Below, piece after piece: positions 19,407-27,290 of a stretch of 61,312 nt of DNA (position 1 is its first letter; each line of letters begins with the position of its first letter). The translations under genes and the position numbers were made by a program. A model generated the notes under the pieces. That model was not told where the DNA came from, searched no databases, and worked only from the letters and a program-made list of their open reading frames with translations. This stretch comes from Candidatus Methylomirabilia bacterium (GTDB lineage: Bacteria; Methylomirabilota; Methylomirabilia; Rokubacteriales; CSP1-6): positions 1-61,312 of the forward strand of contig JBGQEL010000017.1 of the NCBI GenBank assembly GCA_041496385.1. The letters run 5' to 3'.

Positions 19407-21665
19407 CTGGAGCGCGCGCCGCTCCTCTTCGGACGCGATCCGGCTCCCGGCCTTCTCGCGTTCGCCCTCGCCACCGGCGGCCGCGTGCTCACCCTCTGGC
19501 AACGCCGGGGCGACGGGGTGGCGACGGAGCGGGTGCCGTTCTCGCCGTTCGTCCTCGTCGCCGACCGCGCGCTCGTCCAGGACGCGCCGGGTCTCGTCGC
19601 GCTCGCGCCGCTCGACGGTCCGGGCGAGCTCCGGTGGCTCGCGCGCTTCGGCGCGTGGTCCGAAGCGCTCGGCGCGCGTGACCGGTGCCGCGACCGGAGT
19701 GGCCAGCCCGTCACCGTCCCGGCCGCGCCGTACCGGTTCCTGGCCGATCCCGTTCACCAGTACCTGCTCCTGGCCGGCCGCACCTCGTTCGGTGGCACGA
19801 GTTTCGGCGATCTCCGGCGTCTGGCCCTCGACATCGAGGTGCTGACCACCGAGGGCCACGAGTTCCCGAGCGCCGCGCGCCCGGGCGACCGCATCATCGC
19901 CATCGCGCTGGCCGACTCCGCCGGCTTCCGTCACGTGATCCGGGGTGATCGGCTCGACGAGCGGGCCATGCTCTCCGAGTGCACGCGACTGATCCAGGAG
20001 CACGATCCCGACGTCATCGAGGGCCACAATATTTTCCGCTTCGATCTCGAGTACCTGGAAGCGCGCGCGCGGCTCCATGGCGTCGCGCTCGCCTGGGGCC
20101 GCGACGGCGGCGCCCTCACGGGACGCGTCGCCCGGCTCCAGATCGCCGAGCGGACGATCGGTTACCGACGCTACGAGGTCGCGGGCCGGCACATCGTCGA
20201 CACCTGGATGCTCGCCCAGCTCCACGACGCCGGCACGCGCGACCTGCCGGGCTTCGGCCTTAAGGACCTCGCACGCCACTTCGGCGTCGCGGCCCCCGAC
20301 CGAACCTACGTGGATGGCTCGCAGATCGCGCGCGAGTTCCGCGAGGCGCCCGACCGGCTCATGGCGTACGCGCTGGACGATGTGATCGAGACGCTCGGCC
20401 TCTCGTCCGTGCTGGCGCCACCCTACTTCGCCCAGGCCCAGGTTGTGCCCTTCGACTACCAGTCGTGCACGCTGCGGGGCGCGGCGGCGAAGATCGACGC
20501 CTTGCTGCTCCGCGAGTACCTCCACCGCGGCCACGCGGTGCCGCTGCCGCGGCCCGTGGCGCCCGTCGGCGGGGGGCACACGGCGATTCATCAGCAGGGC
20601 GTCGCACGGCCGGTGCTCCACGTCGACGTCACCTCGCTCTACCCGTCGCTCATGCTCGCCGGGGAGATCGCGCCGGCCTCGGACACGCTCGGCGTCTTTC
20701 CCGAGCTCCTGCGCCACCTCCGCGACTTCCGTGTCCGCGCCAAGCGGGGCATGCGCGAGGCGGCCGACCCCGCCGAGCGCGCGCACCTCGCCGCGCTCCA
20801 GCAGTCGTTCAAGATCCTGATCAACGCGTTCTACGGCTACCTGGCGTTCTCGAACGGGCACTGGAACGACTTCGATGCCGCCAACCGCGTCACCGCCGAG
20901 GGACGGGCCGTCGTCACCGCGCTTCTCGACCGGCTCGGCGAGCTGGGCGCCACACCCGTCGAGGCGGACACCGACGGCGTGTACTTCGTGCCGCCGCCGG
21001 GCCATGGCCCGGCCGACGACGAGACCCTGCTCGAGCGGCTCACGGACGGCCTCCGCGCCGGCATCCAGCTCGAGCTCGACGGCCGCTACGCCGCGATGTT
21101 CAGCTACAAGATGAAAACCTACGCGCTCCTCGACGACCGTGGCCGTCTCCTGCTGAAGGGCTCGGCGTTCCGCTCCCGCGGGATCGAGCCCTTCCAGCGC
21201 CTTCTCATCGAGGAGATCGTGCGCGCACTGCTCGAGGGCCGGCGCAGCGAGGTACGGCCGATCGTCGACCGCTGGCTCGAGGATTTTGCCGCGCATCGCG
21301 TCCCCCTCAAGCTCTTCGCCCGCACGGAGACGCTGCAGGAGTCGGTCGAGGGTTATCGCGAGAGGGTGGCGGCGGGGACGCGCCCCGCCTCGGCCGTGTA
21401 CGAGCTCGCGCTCGCCTCGGGCCGCGCCGTGCAACCCGGTGACCAGGTGTCCTACTACGTTGTCGGACGGAGCGCCGGCGTCGCCGTCAACGAGTATTCG
21501 CGTCTCGCGAGCGAGTGGGACCCAACCCGCCCCGACGAGAACGTCGAGTACTACCACGCGAAAGTGCGCGAGGTCTGGGAGCGCTTCCGCACCTTCACCG
21601 ACTTCGACGGACTCCGTCCTTTCGTCGACGAGCCGGCGCCTCAGACCCAGCTCTCCCTCTTCTGA
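19407..21665 (+). CDS. Family-B DNA polymerase (Pol II-like) with 3'-5' exonuclease; start uncertain (CTG 19407 or GTG 19485)
   Basis: Exo I LDIE, Exo II GHNIFRFDLEYL, Exo III YALDD; polymerase motifs DVTSLYPS, KILINAFYGY, DTDG; C-terminal QLSLF. Confidence 0.9.
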   Translation: MERAPLLFGRDPAPGLLAFALATGGRVLTLWQRRGDGVATERVPFSPFVLVADRALVQDAPGLVALAPLDGPGELRWLARFGAWSEALGARDRCRDRSGQPVTVPAAPYRFLADPVHQYLLLAGRTSFGGTSFGDLRRLALDIEVLTTEGHEFPSAARPGDRIIAIALADSAGFRHVIRGDRLDERAMLSECTRLIQEHDPDVIEGHNIFRFDLEYLEARARLHGVALAWGRDGGALTGRVARLQIAERTIGYRRYEVAGRHIVDTWMLAQLHDAGTRDLPGFGLKDLARHFGVAAPDRTYVDGSQIAREFREAPDRLMAYALDDVIETLGLSSVLAPPYFAQAQVVPFDYQSCTLRGAAAKIDALLLREYLHRGHAVPLPRPVAPVGGGHTAIHQQGVARPVLHVDVTSLYPSLMLAGEIAPASDTLGVFPELLRHLRDFRVRAKRGMREAADPAERAHLAALQQSFKILINAFYGYLAFSNGHWNDFDAANRVTAEGRAVVTALLDRLGELGATPVEADTDGVYFVPPPGHGPADDETLLERLTDGLRAGIQLELDGRYAAMFSYKMKTYALLDDRGRLLLKGSAFRSRGIEPFQRLLIEEIVRALLEGRRSEVRPIVDRWLEDFAAHRVPLKLFARTETLQESVEGYRERVAAGTRPASAVYELALASGRAVQPGDQVSYYVVGRSAGVAVNEYSRLASEWDPTRPDENVEYYHAKVREVWERFRTFTDFDGLRPFVDEPAPQTQLSLF

Positions 21666-21693
21666 TCCTCGCGTCCGGACCCGCCCTTCTCCC

Positions 21694-22692
21694 TCACCAG
21701 ATCAGCGAGAGCTGCCGGGGCCGCGGCGCGTCCACCGGGCGGTCGGCGCGCCGGCGCACCGGGAAGCCCGCCTCCTCCCCGAGCCGCCGGAAGCGCGTCT
21801 CGATCTCCTGGACGTAGGATCGGGGCGCGTAGGCTGCGGCCGCATAGAGGTGCCTGTACTCGGGCACGAGCGCCGGGAACTCGGCCGCGAGAAAGTTGAA
21901 GAACGTCTCCCGTGTGCTCGCACGCAGGAAGAGGACATTCGATTCCGCCAGCGCCGCACCTGCTCCGCGCGCCGCCTGGAGCAGCGCGCGAAGGTTGGCC
22001 TCGCCGTCCGTGATCAGGGGCAGCACTGGCATGACGAACAAGCGCGTCTCGACTCCGGCCGCCGCCAGCGTACGCATGGCCTCGAAGCGAAGGTCGGGAC
22101 GTGGCGCCCGGGGCTCCAGGCGACGCGCCAGGGCCGGGTCCACGGTGACGACCGAGAAGTTCACGGAAACCTCGGAGCGCGTCGCGAGCGCCGCCAGCAG
22201 CGATGCGTCCCGTGCGATGAGCGCGGACTTGGTGGTGATCGACAGTCGCAGTCCCGGGATCTCCCGCGCGGCCTCCAGTAGACGGCGCGTCACCTCGAAG
22301 CGGCCCTCGGCCGGCTGATACGGGTCCGTCGCGGTGCCGAGCGCGATGAGCTGCCCGCTACGTCGGGCGTTGGCGAGCTGCCGGGCGAGCGCCTCGCGAT
22401 CGGTTTGCTTCACGTAGATGCGACGCTCGAACGTCGCGGGATCGTTCTGCCCGAGGAAATCGTGGGTGTAGCGGGCGTAGCAGTAGCGGCATCCCATCTC
22501 GCAGCCCCGATAGGGATTGGCCGTCCAGCCGAAGGGCATCGGCCGCGCATTGAAGCGATTCACCAGGCTCTTGGCTCGAAGCTCCTGATATTCGACTCCG
22601 CGCCGCTCGTCGATGGTCTCGCCGATACGCGCGGCCATTCCCGGCGCCGGAACACCCGGCTTGATGGTCGAGCGCTTCCCGGAGATCGTCAT
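21694..22692 (-). CDS. Radical SAM protein, Rv2578c/PA0069 (SplB-like) family
   Basis: NPYRGCEMGCRYCYAR, TATDPYQPAE, ITTKS, LEPRAP; C-terminal QLSLIW. Confidence 0.88.
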   Translation of the reverse strand: MTISGKRSTIKPGVPAPGMAARIGETIDERRGVEYQELRAKSLVNRFNARPMPFGWTANPYRGCEMGCRYCYARYTHDFLGQNDPATFERRIYVKQTDREALARQLANARRSGQLIALGTATDPYQPAEGRFEVTRRLLEAAREIPGLRLSITTKSALIARDASLLAALATRSEVSVNFSVVTVDPALARRLEPRAPRPDLRFEAMRTLAAAGVETRLFVMPVLPLITDGEANLRALLQAARGAGAALAESNVLFLRASTRETFFNFLAAEFPALVPEYRHLYAAAAYAPRSYVQEIETRFRRLGEEAGFPVRRRADRPVDAPRPRQLSLIW

Positions 22693-22714
22693 GTGTTGAG
22701 TGCTCCTTTCCAAG

Positions 22715-22744
22715 AAAAAACCCGGGGACCGTGAGATCCCCGGG
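22715..22744 (-). terminator. Rho-independent terminator after the RRM gene
   Basis: Minus strand CCCGGGGA-TCTCACGG-TCCCCGGG followed by TTTTTT. Confidence 0.85.
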
Positions 22745-22756
22745 CCGTCTGGCGCT

Positions 22757-23086
22757 CTATCTCCTCCAGCCGCCGCCCGGTCCGCCCCCGCCCGGGCGAG
22801 GTCCGCGATCCCCGCGCGGCCCGCCCGCGCTCCGCTGAGGCTGCGGACGCGCCTCGTCCACGACCAGGTTGCGATCTCTGAAGAGACGCCCGTTCAGCAT
22901 CTCGATCGCCTTGGTGGCCTCTTCCTTCGTGGCCATCTCGACGAAGCCAAACCCACGCGGTCGACCCGTGAACTGATCGGTGATGATCCTGACCGTCTCC
23001 ACGGTCCCCGCCTGGGCGAACAGTTCCCTGAGATCTTCCTCGGTGGCCTGGAAGGAAAGGTTCCCCACGAACAACTTTGCGGCCAT
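22757..23086 (-). CDS. RRM-domain RNA-binding protein with Gly/Arg-rich tail
   Basis: RNP2 LFVGNL, RNP1 RGFGFVEM. Confidence 0.93.
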   Translation of the reverse strand: MAAKLFVGNLSFQATEEDLRELFAQAGTVETVRIITDQFTGRPRGFGFVEMATKEEATKAIEMLNGRLFRDRNLVVDEARPQPQRSAGGPRGDRGPRPGGGGPGGGWRR

Positions 23087-23152
23087 CGCGCGCCCTCCTA
23101 GCCCTAACGATAGCGGCGGCTTAAAGTCGGCTACTTATAGCCTCCGGCGCAG

Positions 23153-23182
23153 AGCATAGTGACAGCGGGTGACGCATGTCAA
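23153..23182 (-). promoter_or_regulatory. Sigma70 promoter of the RRM gene
   Basis: TTGACA-N18-TATGCT on minus strand; AGGAGG Shine-Dalgarno before the start. Confidence 0.65.
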
Positions 23183-23200
23183 GGAGGGTAATTCTGCCCC

Positions 23201-23995
23201 TCAGAGATAGACGCCGCGGGTCGCGCCTCCGTCCACCGTGATGCAGATCCCTGTGAGAAATGACGCGCGCGCCGAGACGAGGAAGCAGACGAGATCGGCG
23301 ACGTCCTCCGGCCGCGCGATGCGCTTGAGCGGATACGTGCCCTCGACCTCGCCGCGATACGCCTCGACGCTCTTACCCGCAGCCGCCGCCTGCTGGGCCA
23401 TGAGCGTCTCCCATCGGCTCGTCGCCGTCGCCGCGGGCGAGACCGCCGTCACCAGAATGTTCGACGGCGCGCCGAGGTCGGCGAGTCCCTTGGTGAAGTT
23501 GATGAGCCCCGCGTTGGCGACGCCTCCCGGCAGGTACCCCGCTGTCGGGTTTCGTGCCGCGGCCCCGACGACGTTGACGATCCGGCCGCCGCCCTGTGCC
23601 TGCATGACGGGCAGCACGGCGCGGGCCATCCGGATGTAGCCCAGGAGCTTCAGGCTCCAGTCGTCGGCCCACTGGTCGTCGGGAATCTTCAAGAAGTCGC
23701 CGCCCCGGATCGCGCCGGCGTTGTTGACGAGGATGTCGATCCTGCCGTGCCGGCCCTTCACGGTCTCCACGACGCGGCTGACCTCGTCGAGCCGGCTGAG
23801 GTCCGCGGCGACGGCGATCGCCTCGCCTTCGGCCGACCCTCGAATCTCGGCCGCCACGCTTTCGAGCGCCGCCTTGTCGCGCGCACAGAGGGCGACGCGC
23901 GCGCCCTCCCTCGCCAACCCCACTGCGATCGCGCGTCCGATCCCGCGCGAGGCGCCCGTGACGAGCGCCGTTTTCCCGGTGAGCTCGAGGTCCAT
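23201..23995 (-). CDS. SDR oxidoreductase (atypical active site)
   Basis: Start ATG 23995 with GGAGG. TGASRGIG, NNAG, VDGG; YLPGGVAN in place of YxxxK. Confidence 0.85.
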   Translation of the reverse strand: MDLELTGKTALVTGASRGIGRAIAVGLAREGARVALCARDKAALESVAAEIRGSAEGEAIAVAADLSRLDEVSRVVETVKGRHGRIDILVNNAGAIRGGDFLKIPDDQWADDWSLKLLGYIRMARAVLPVMQAQGGGRIVNVVGAAARNPTAGYLPGGVANAGLINFTKGLADLGAPSNILVTAVSPAATATSRWETLMAQQAAAAGKSVEAYRGEVEGTYPLKRIARPEDVADLVCFLVSARASFLTGICITVDGGATRGVYL

Positions 23996-24012
23996 GACAG
24001 CCTCCTGTTTGT

Positions 24013-24585
24013 TCAGCCGTCCGTTGTGTCGGGAAAGCGGGGAACGAGGGCCCAGTCGAAATTCTCGACGCGGGCGGCGGAGGCGGCGGTCGCCTGAGCG
24101 AAGGCGTCGAGTCCGCGACGGTCGAGCGCGCGCCCGTGCAGCCGCACGCTTCCCTCTTCGAGCAACGCCCGCGCTCCACGCAGATTGCCGTTCGCCAGGT
24201 GCTGATAGCCGACCGCGACCTGGATCAGCCCCTGCAGCGCCTCCCGCGCGTCGCCCACCGCCTCCCGCCACGCGGGCTCGAGCAGCTCGTGCACCTCGAA
24301 GTAGAGCCCCGCCGCCCAGAGTGCCCCGGCGTCGTCGAGCACCTCCGCACGAGCCGGGCGTCGACTGCCGAGCGGTCGCGTGGCGAACGCCCGCCGGGCG
24401 CTTCGGGCGCGCTCGGTGAGGAGAGGAGCGTAGCGCGCTTCGCCGGGAGCGAGCCAGTCCGCGAGGGCCGCGGCGCAGCCCGTCTCGAGACTGGAGAGCT
24501 CGGCGCGGGCTGCGGAATCGTCCAGCGCTTTCAGGATCAGCTCCGCCAGCCGATTCCGGGCCGCCAGTGGCAGCGTGGGAATCAC
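24013..24585 (-). CDS. DUF309 domain-containing protein
   Basis: YFEVHELLEPAW..LQGLIQVAVG..HLANGN; GTG start overlaps the RDD stop. Confidence 0.78.
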   Translation of the reverse strand: MIPTLPLAARNRLAELILKALDDSAARAELSSLETGCAAALADWLAPGEARYAPLLTERARSARRAFATRPLGSRRPARAEVLDDAGALWAAGLYFEVHELLEPAWREAVGDAREALQGLIQVAVGYQHLANGNLRGARALLEEGSVRLHGRALDRRGLDAFAQATAASAARVENFDWALVPRFPDTTDG

Positions 24586-25028
24586 ACCGTCGCGACCGGC
24601 GACGCGGCCCTCGACACTCGCTCGACGCGTGTCCCGGCGATCAGGTCGTGGAGGGCCCGCTTGTCGCTCCGCAGCCCCGCCATCGCGTACCCGACGCCGA
24701 AGGTCGCGATCGATACGAAGTAGGCGAAGAAGCGGAGCAGCGAGGCACCGAACGGCGGCGGAGCGCCGTTCCCCAGGACGCGCACGCCCGCCACGAGCTT
24801 GCCGACCGTCTGACCGAAGAGCGCGTGCAGAACGATCGTGTAGGCGCCCGCAAAGAGGAGCGTGAAGAGCCAGAGCAGCGGCGCGAGCCTCCAGGCGTCG
24901 GCAACGCCCACGCCCCACAGCCGGCGGACCAGCGCGCCATAGGACGCCTGCACGATGAAGAAGATCACGAAGTCGAGCGCCAGCGCGAGCGCGCGAATCC
25001 AGAAGCCTGCGGGGCGTCCCTCGACCAT
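24582..25028 (-). CDS. RDD family membrane protein
   Basis: AGFWIRALALALD, GQTVGK, KRALHDLIAGTRV. Confidence 0.88.
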   Translation of the reverse strand: MVEGRPAGFWIRALALALDFVIFFIVQASYGALVRRLWGVGVADAWRLAPLLWLFTLLFAGAYTIVLHALFGQTVGKLVAGVRVLGNGAPPPFGASLLRFFAYFVSIATFGVGYAMAGLRSDKRALHDLIAGTRVERVSRAASPVATV

Positions 25029-25197
25029 GCCGCGTATCTTATCGCCTCGCGACGACGGCCCACCAGCCGCCTTGACCGCAGCGGAGATGTGGCCCGCCGG
25101 AGTCTGGCTCAGGAATGAGCTTTCCGGTAAAGGACTCACCAGGACCGATTCTGACCGCTAGGCCGTAAGTAACTATTATATCTGGGCTTTACATGTC

Positions 25198-25211
25198 GGT
25201 ATCGGATTTGC
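25198..25211 (+). promoter_or_regulatory. Candidate sigma54 (-24/-12) promoter
   Basis: GG-N10-GC (cGGTATCGGATTTGCg) just downstream of an AT-rich tract at 25165-25192. Confidence 0.35.
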
Positions 25212-25225
25212 GTTGGAATTCCGTC

Positions 25226-25501
25226 ATGGATACCACAGGGCAGTTGGTTCCGGTAGGAAACCAGGCGTGCACACCCCACCGGGGTGTCGGGCGCCCGTCG
25301 ACGGTGATTCAGCACGAGTCTCTCGTCAGTCAGTGGCTGCGTGAGGGTCCCGACATTTCGGGCGCCGAGATCCTGCGGCGGGCCCGGCTCGCCGGCTATC
25401 GCGGCGGCAAGAGCGCACTCTACGAGCTGGTGCGGCGGCTGAGGGCGCACGGAGCGATCGAAGCGGGCTGGAAGCCCGTCGCGAACGGGACCGCTCAATG
25501 A
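25226..25501 (+). CDS. Small protein resembling the N-terminal HTH region of IS21-family IstA transposases
   Basis: RGVGRPS..EILRRARLAGYRGGKSALYELVRRLR; ATGA overlap with the next gene. Confidence 0.6.
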   Translation: MDTTGQLVPVGNQACTPHRGVGRPSTVIQHESLVSQWLREGPDISGAEILRRARLAGYRGGKSALYELVRRLRAHGAIEAGWKPVANGTAQ

Positions 25502-26040
25502 CGAGCAGCCCCGGTCGGCGCCTGTTCGGCTTCGGCGTTCTCTTCTTGACCGTGGTCTCGGGGTACGTGGCGTCCCGGCTTCCGGTCACGCCCGAAGGAC
25601 CTCAGGTCAGCAACGCCCCGGCCGGCCTGGCCTCTCACATCAAGGCGGCGTCGACTCGTCACGGCGTCTCCGAGGAGCTCATTGCCGCGGTCATCGAGGT
25701 CGAGTCAGAGTTCAACCCGCGCGCGGTCTCGCGCAAGGGAGCTCGTGGGCTCATGCAGCTGATGCCGGCGACAGCCGCATGCCTCGGCGTGAATGATCCC
25801 TTCGATCCTCGGCAAAACATCGACGGCGGGGTCCGGCATCTCCGTGGTTTGATGGACCGCTTTGACCACAATCTTCCGCTGGCCCTCGCCGCGTACAACG
25901 CCGGCGAGCAGGCGGTGATCGTCCACGGCGGTGTTCCGCCCTACCGGCAGACGCGCGAGTACGTGACCCGCATCCTGCGGCTTCTGAACCGCAACACCGC
26001 GTCGACTCCCGACGCGGGGCAACACGGACGGAGGGTCTAG
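25498..26040 (+). CDS. Lytic transglycosylase (SLT domain) with N-terminal TM/signal
   Basis: AVIEVESEFNPRAVSRKGARGLMQLMP, ALAAYNAG, TREYV. Confidence 0.92.
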   Translation: MTSSPGRRLFGFGVLFLTVVSGYVASRLPVTPEGPQVSNAPAGLASHIKAASTRHGVSEELIAAVIEVESEFNPRAVSRKGARGLMQLMPATAACLGVNDPFDPRQNIDGGVRHLRGLMDRFDHNLPLALAAYNAGEQAVIVHGGVPPYRQTREYVTRILRLLNRNTASTPDAGQHGRRV

Positions 26041-26079
26041 CACCCCAGCGCGCCTCCGGCTCGGCTCCCGGCGGGCGCG

Positions 26080-26085
26080 TATAAT
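26080..26085 (+). promoter_or_regulatory. -10 element (TATAAT) of a leaderless moeA promoter
   Basis: Consensus TATAAT 6 nt before ATG 26092; no Shine-Dalgarno. Confidence 0.6.
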
Positions 26086-26091
26086 ACCGCC

Positions 26092-27282
26092 ATGATCTCG
26101 GTGCAGGACGGCCAGAACAGGATCCTCGCCGAGATCACGCAGCCCGCGCCTCCCGAGCTCCTCTTCCTGGGTCAGGCCGGACGACGCGTCCTTGCCGAGG
26201 ACATCACCGCCCCCTTCGACGTGCCGCCGATGGACAACTCTGCCGTGGACGGCTATGCGGTCGCGAGCGCCGACATCCCGGCGGCGGGTACGCGCGAGCT
26301 GCGCGTCGTCGCCGAGTTGCCCGCGGGCTCGGTCTTCGAGGGCACGCTGGCGCCCGGGCAGGCGATCCGGATCATGACCGGCGCGCCCATGCCGCGGGGC
26401 GCCGACACCGTCTATCCCCAGGAGATCGTCGAGAAATCGGACCGGGGTGTGGCCGTCCCCGCGCTCACAAAGGGCGCGAACGTCCGGATGCGCGGCGAGG
26501 ACGTCGAGGCGGGCACGGTCGTCATCGAGCGCGGCACGGTGCTCCGGCCCCAGGAGCTCGGCCTCATCGCGTCGCTCGGCCGCCTCCAGATTCTCGCCCA
26601 TCGCCGACCGCGCGTCGCGCTCCTGTCCACCGGCGACGAGGTCGTCGAGCCCGGCGCGACGAGGCGTCCGGGCCAGATCTACGACGCGAACCGCTTCACG
26701 CTCGCCGCCTCGATCGAAGACGCGGGCGCCGAGGTGCGCGATCTGGGCATCGTTCCCGACGCGCGCGACCAGCTGCGGGAGCGGCTGCGCGAGGCGAGCG
26801 CCGCCGACGTGGTCGTCACGTCGGGCGGCGTTTCGGTCGGGGGCTACGACTTCGTCAAGGAGATCCTGCAGGAGATCGGGCAGATCGACTTCTGGCAGGT
26901 CGCGATGCAGCCCGGCCGGCCCCTCGCGTTCGGACGCATCGGCGCCGCGCATTTCTTCGGGCTGCCGGGCAATCCCGTCGCCTCGATGCTGGCGTTCATG
27001 CTGTTCGTGCGTCCCGCCCTCTACAAGCTCGCCGGGCGTCGCCGGCTCTTCCCGGACCTCTTCGAGGCGCGCGCGACGGAGACGATGCCCAAGAAGAAGG
27101 GGCGCCGCGAGTTCAAGCGCGGCGTCGTGCAATTCAGGGACGGCGCCTGGCAGGTGCGCACGACGGGCCCCCAGGGCTCCGGGATCCTCTCGTCCATGGC
27201 GGCGGGAAACTGCCTGATCGTCCTCGACGAGGAGCGCGGCGACGTGGCACCCGGCGAAACCGTGGCGGTCGAGCCCTTCTGA
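26092..27282 (+). CDS. moeA: Molybdopterin molybdotransferase MoeA
   Basis: PPMDNSAVDGYA, IMTGA, STGDE, SGGVSVG, PGRP, GLPGNP, QGSG. Confidence 0.94.
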   Translation: MISVQDGQNRILAEITQPAPPELLFLGQAGRRVLAEDITAPFDVPPMDNSAVDGYAVASADIPAAGTRELRVVAELPAGSVFEGTLAPGQAIRIMTGAPMPRGADTVYPQEIVEKSDRGVAVPALTKGANVRMRGEDVEAGTVVIERGTVLRPQELGLIASLGRLQILAHRRPRVALLSTGDEVVEPGATRRPGQIYDANRFTLAASIEDAGAEVRDLGIVPDARDQLRERLREASAADVVVTSGGVSVGGYDFVKEILQEIGQIDFWQVAMQPGRPLAFGRIGAAHFFGLPGNPVASMLAFMLFVRPALYKLAGRRRLFPDLFEARATETMPKKKGRREFKRGVVQFRDGAWQVRTTGPQGSGILSSMAAGNCLIVLDEERGDVAPGETVAVEPF

Positions 27283-27290
27283 TAGCGGGC

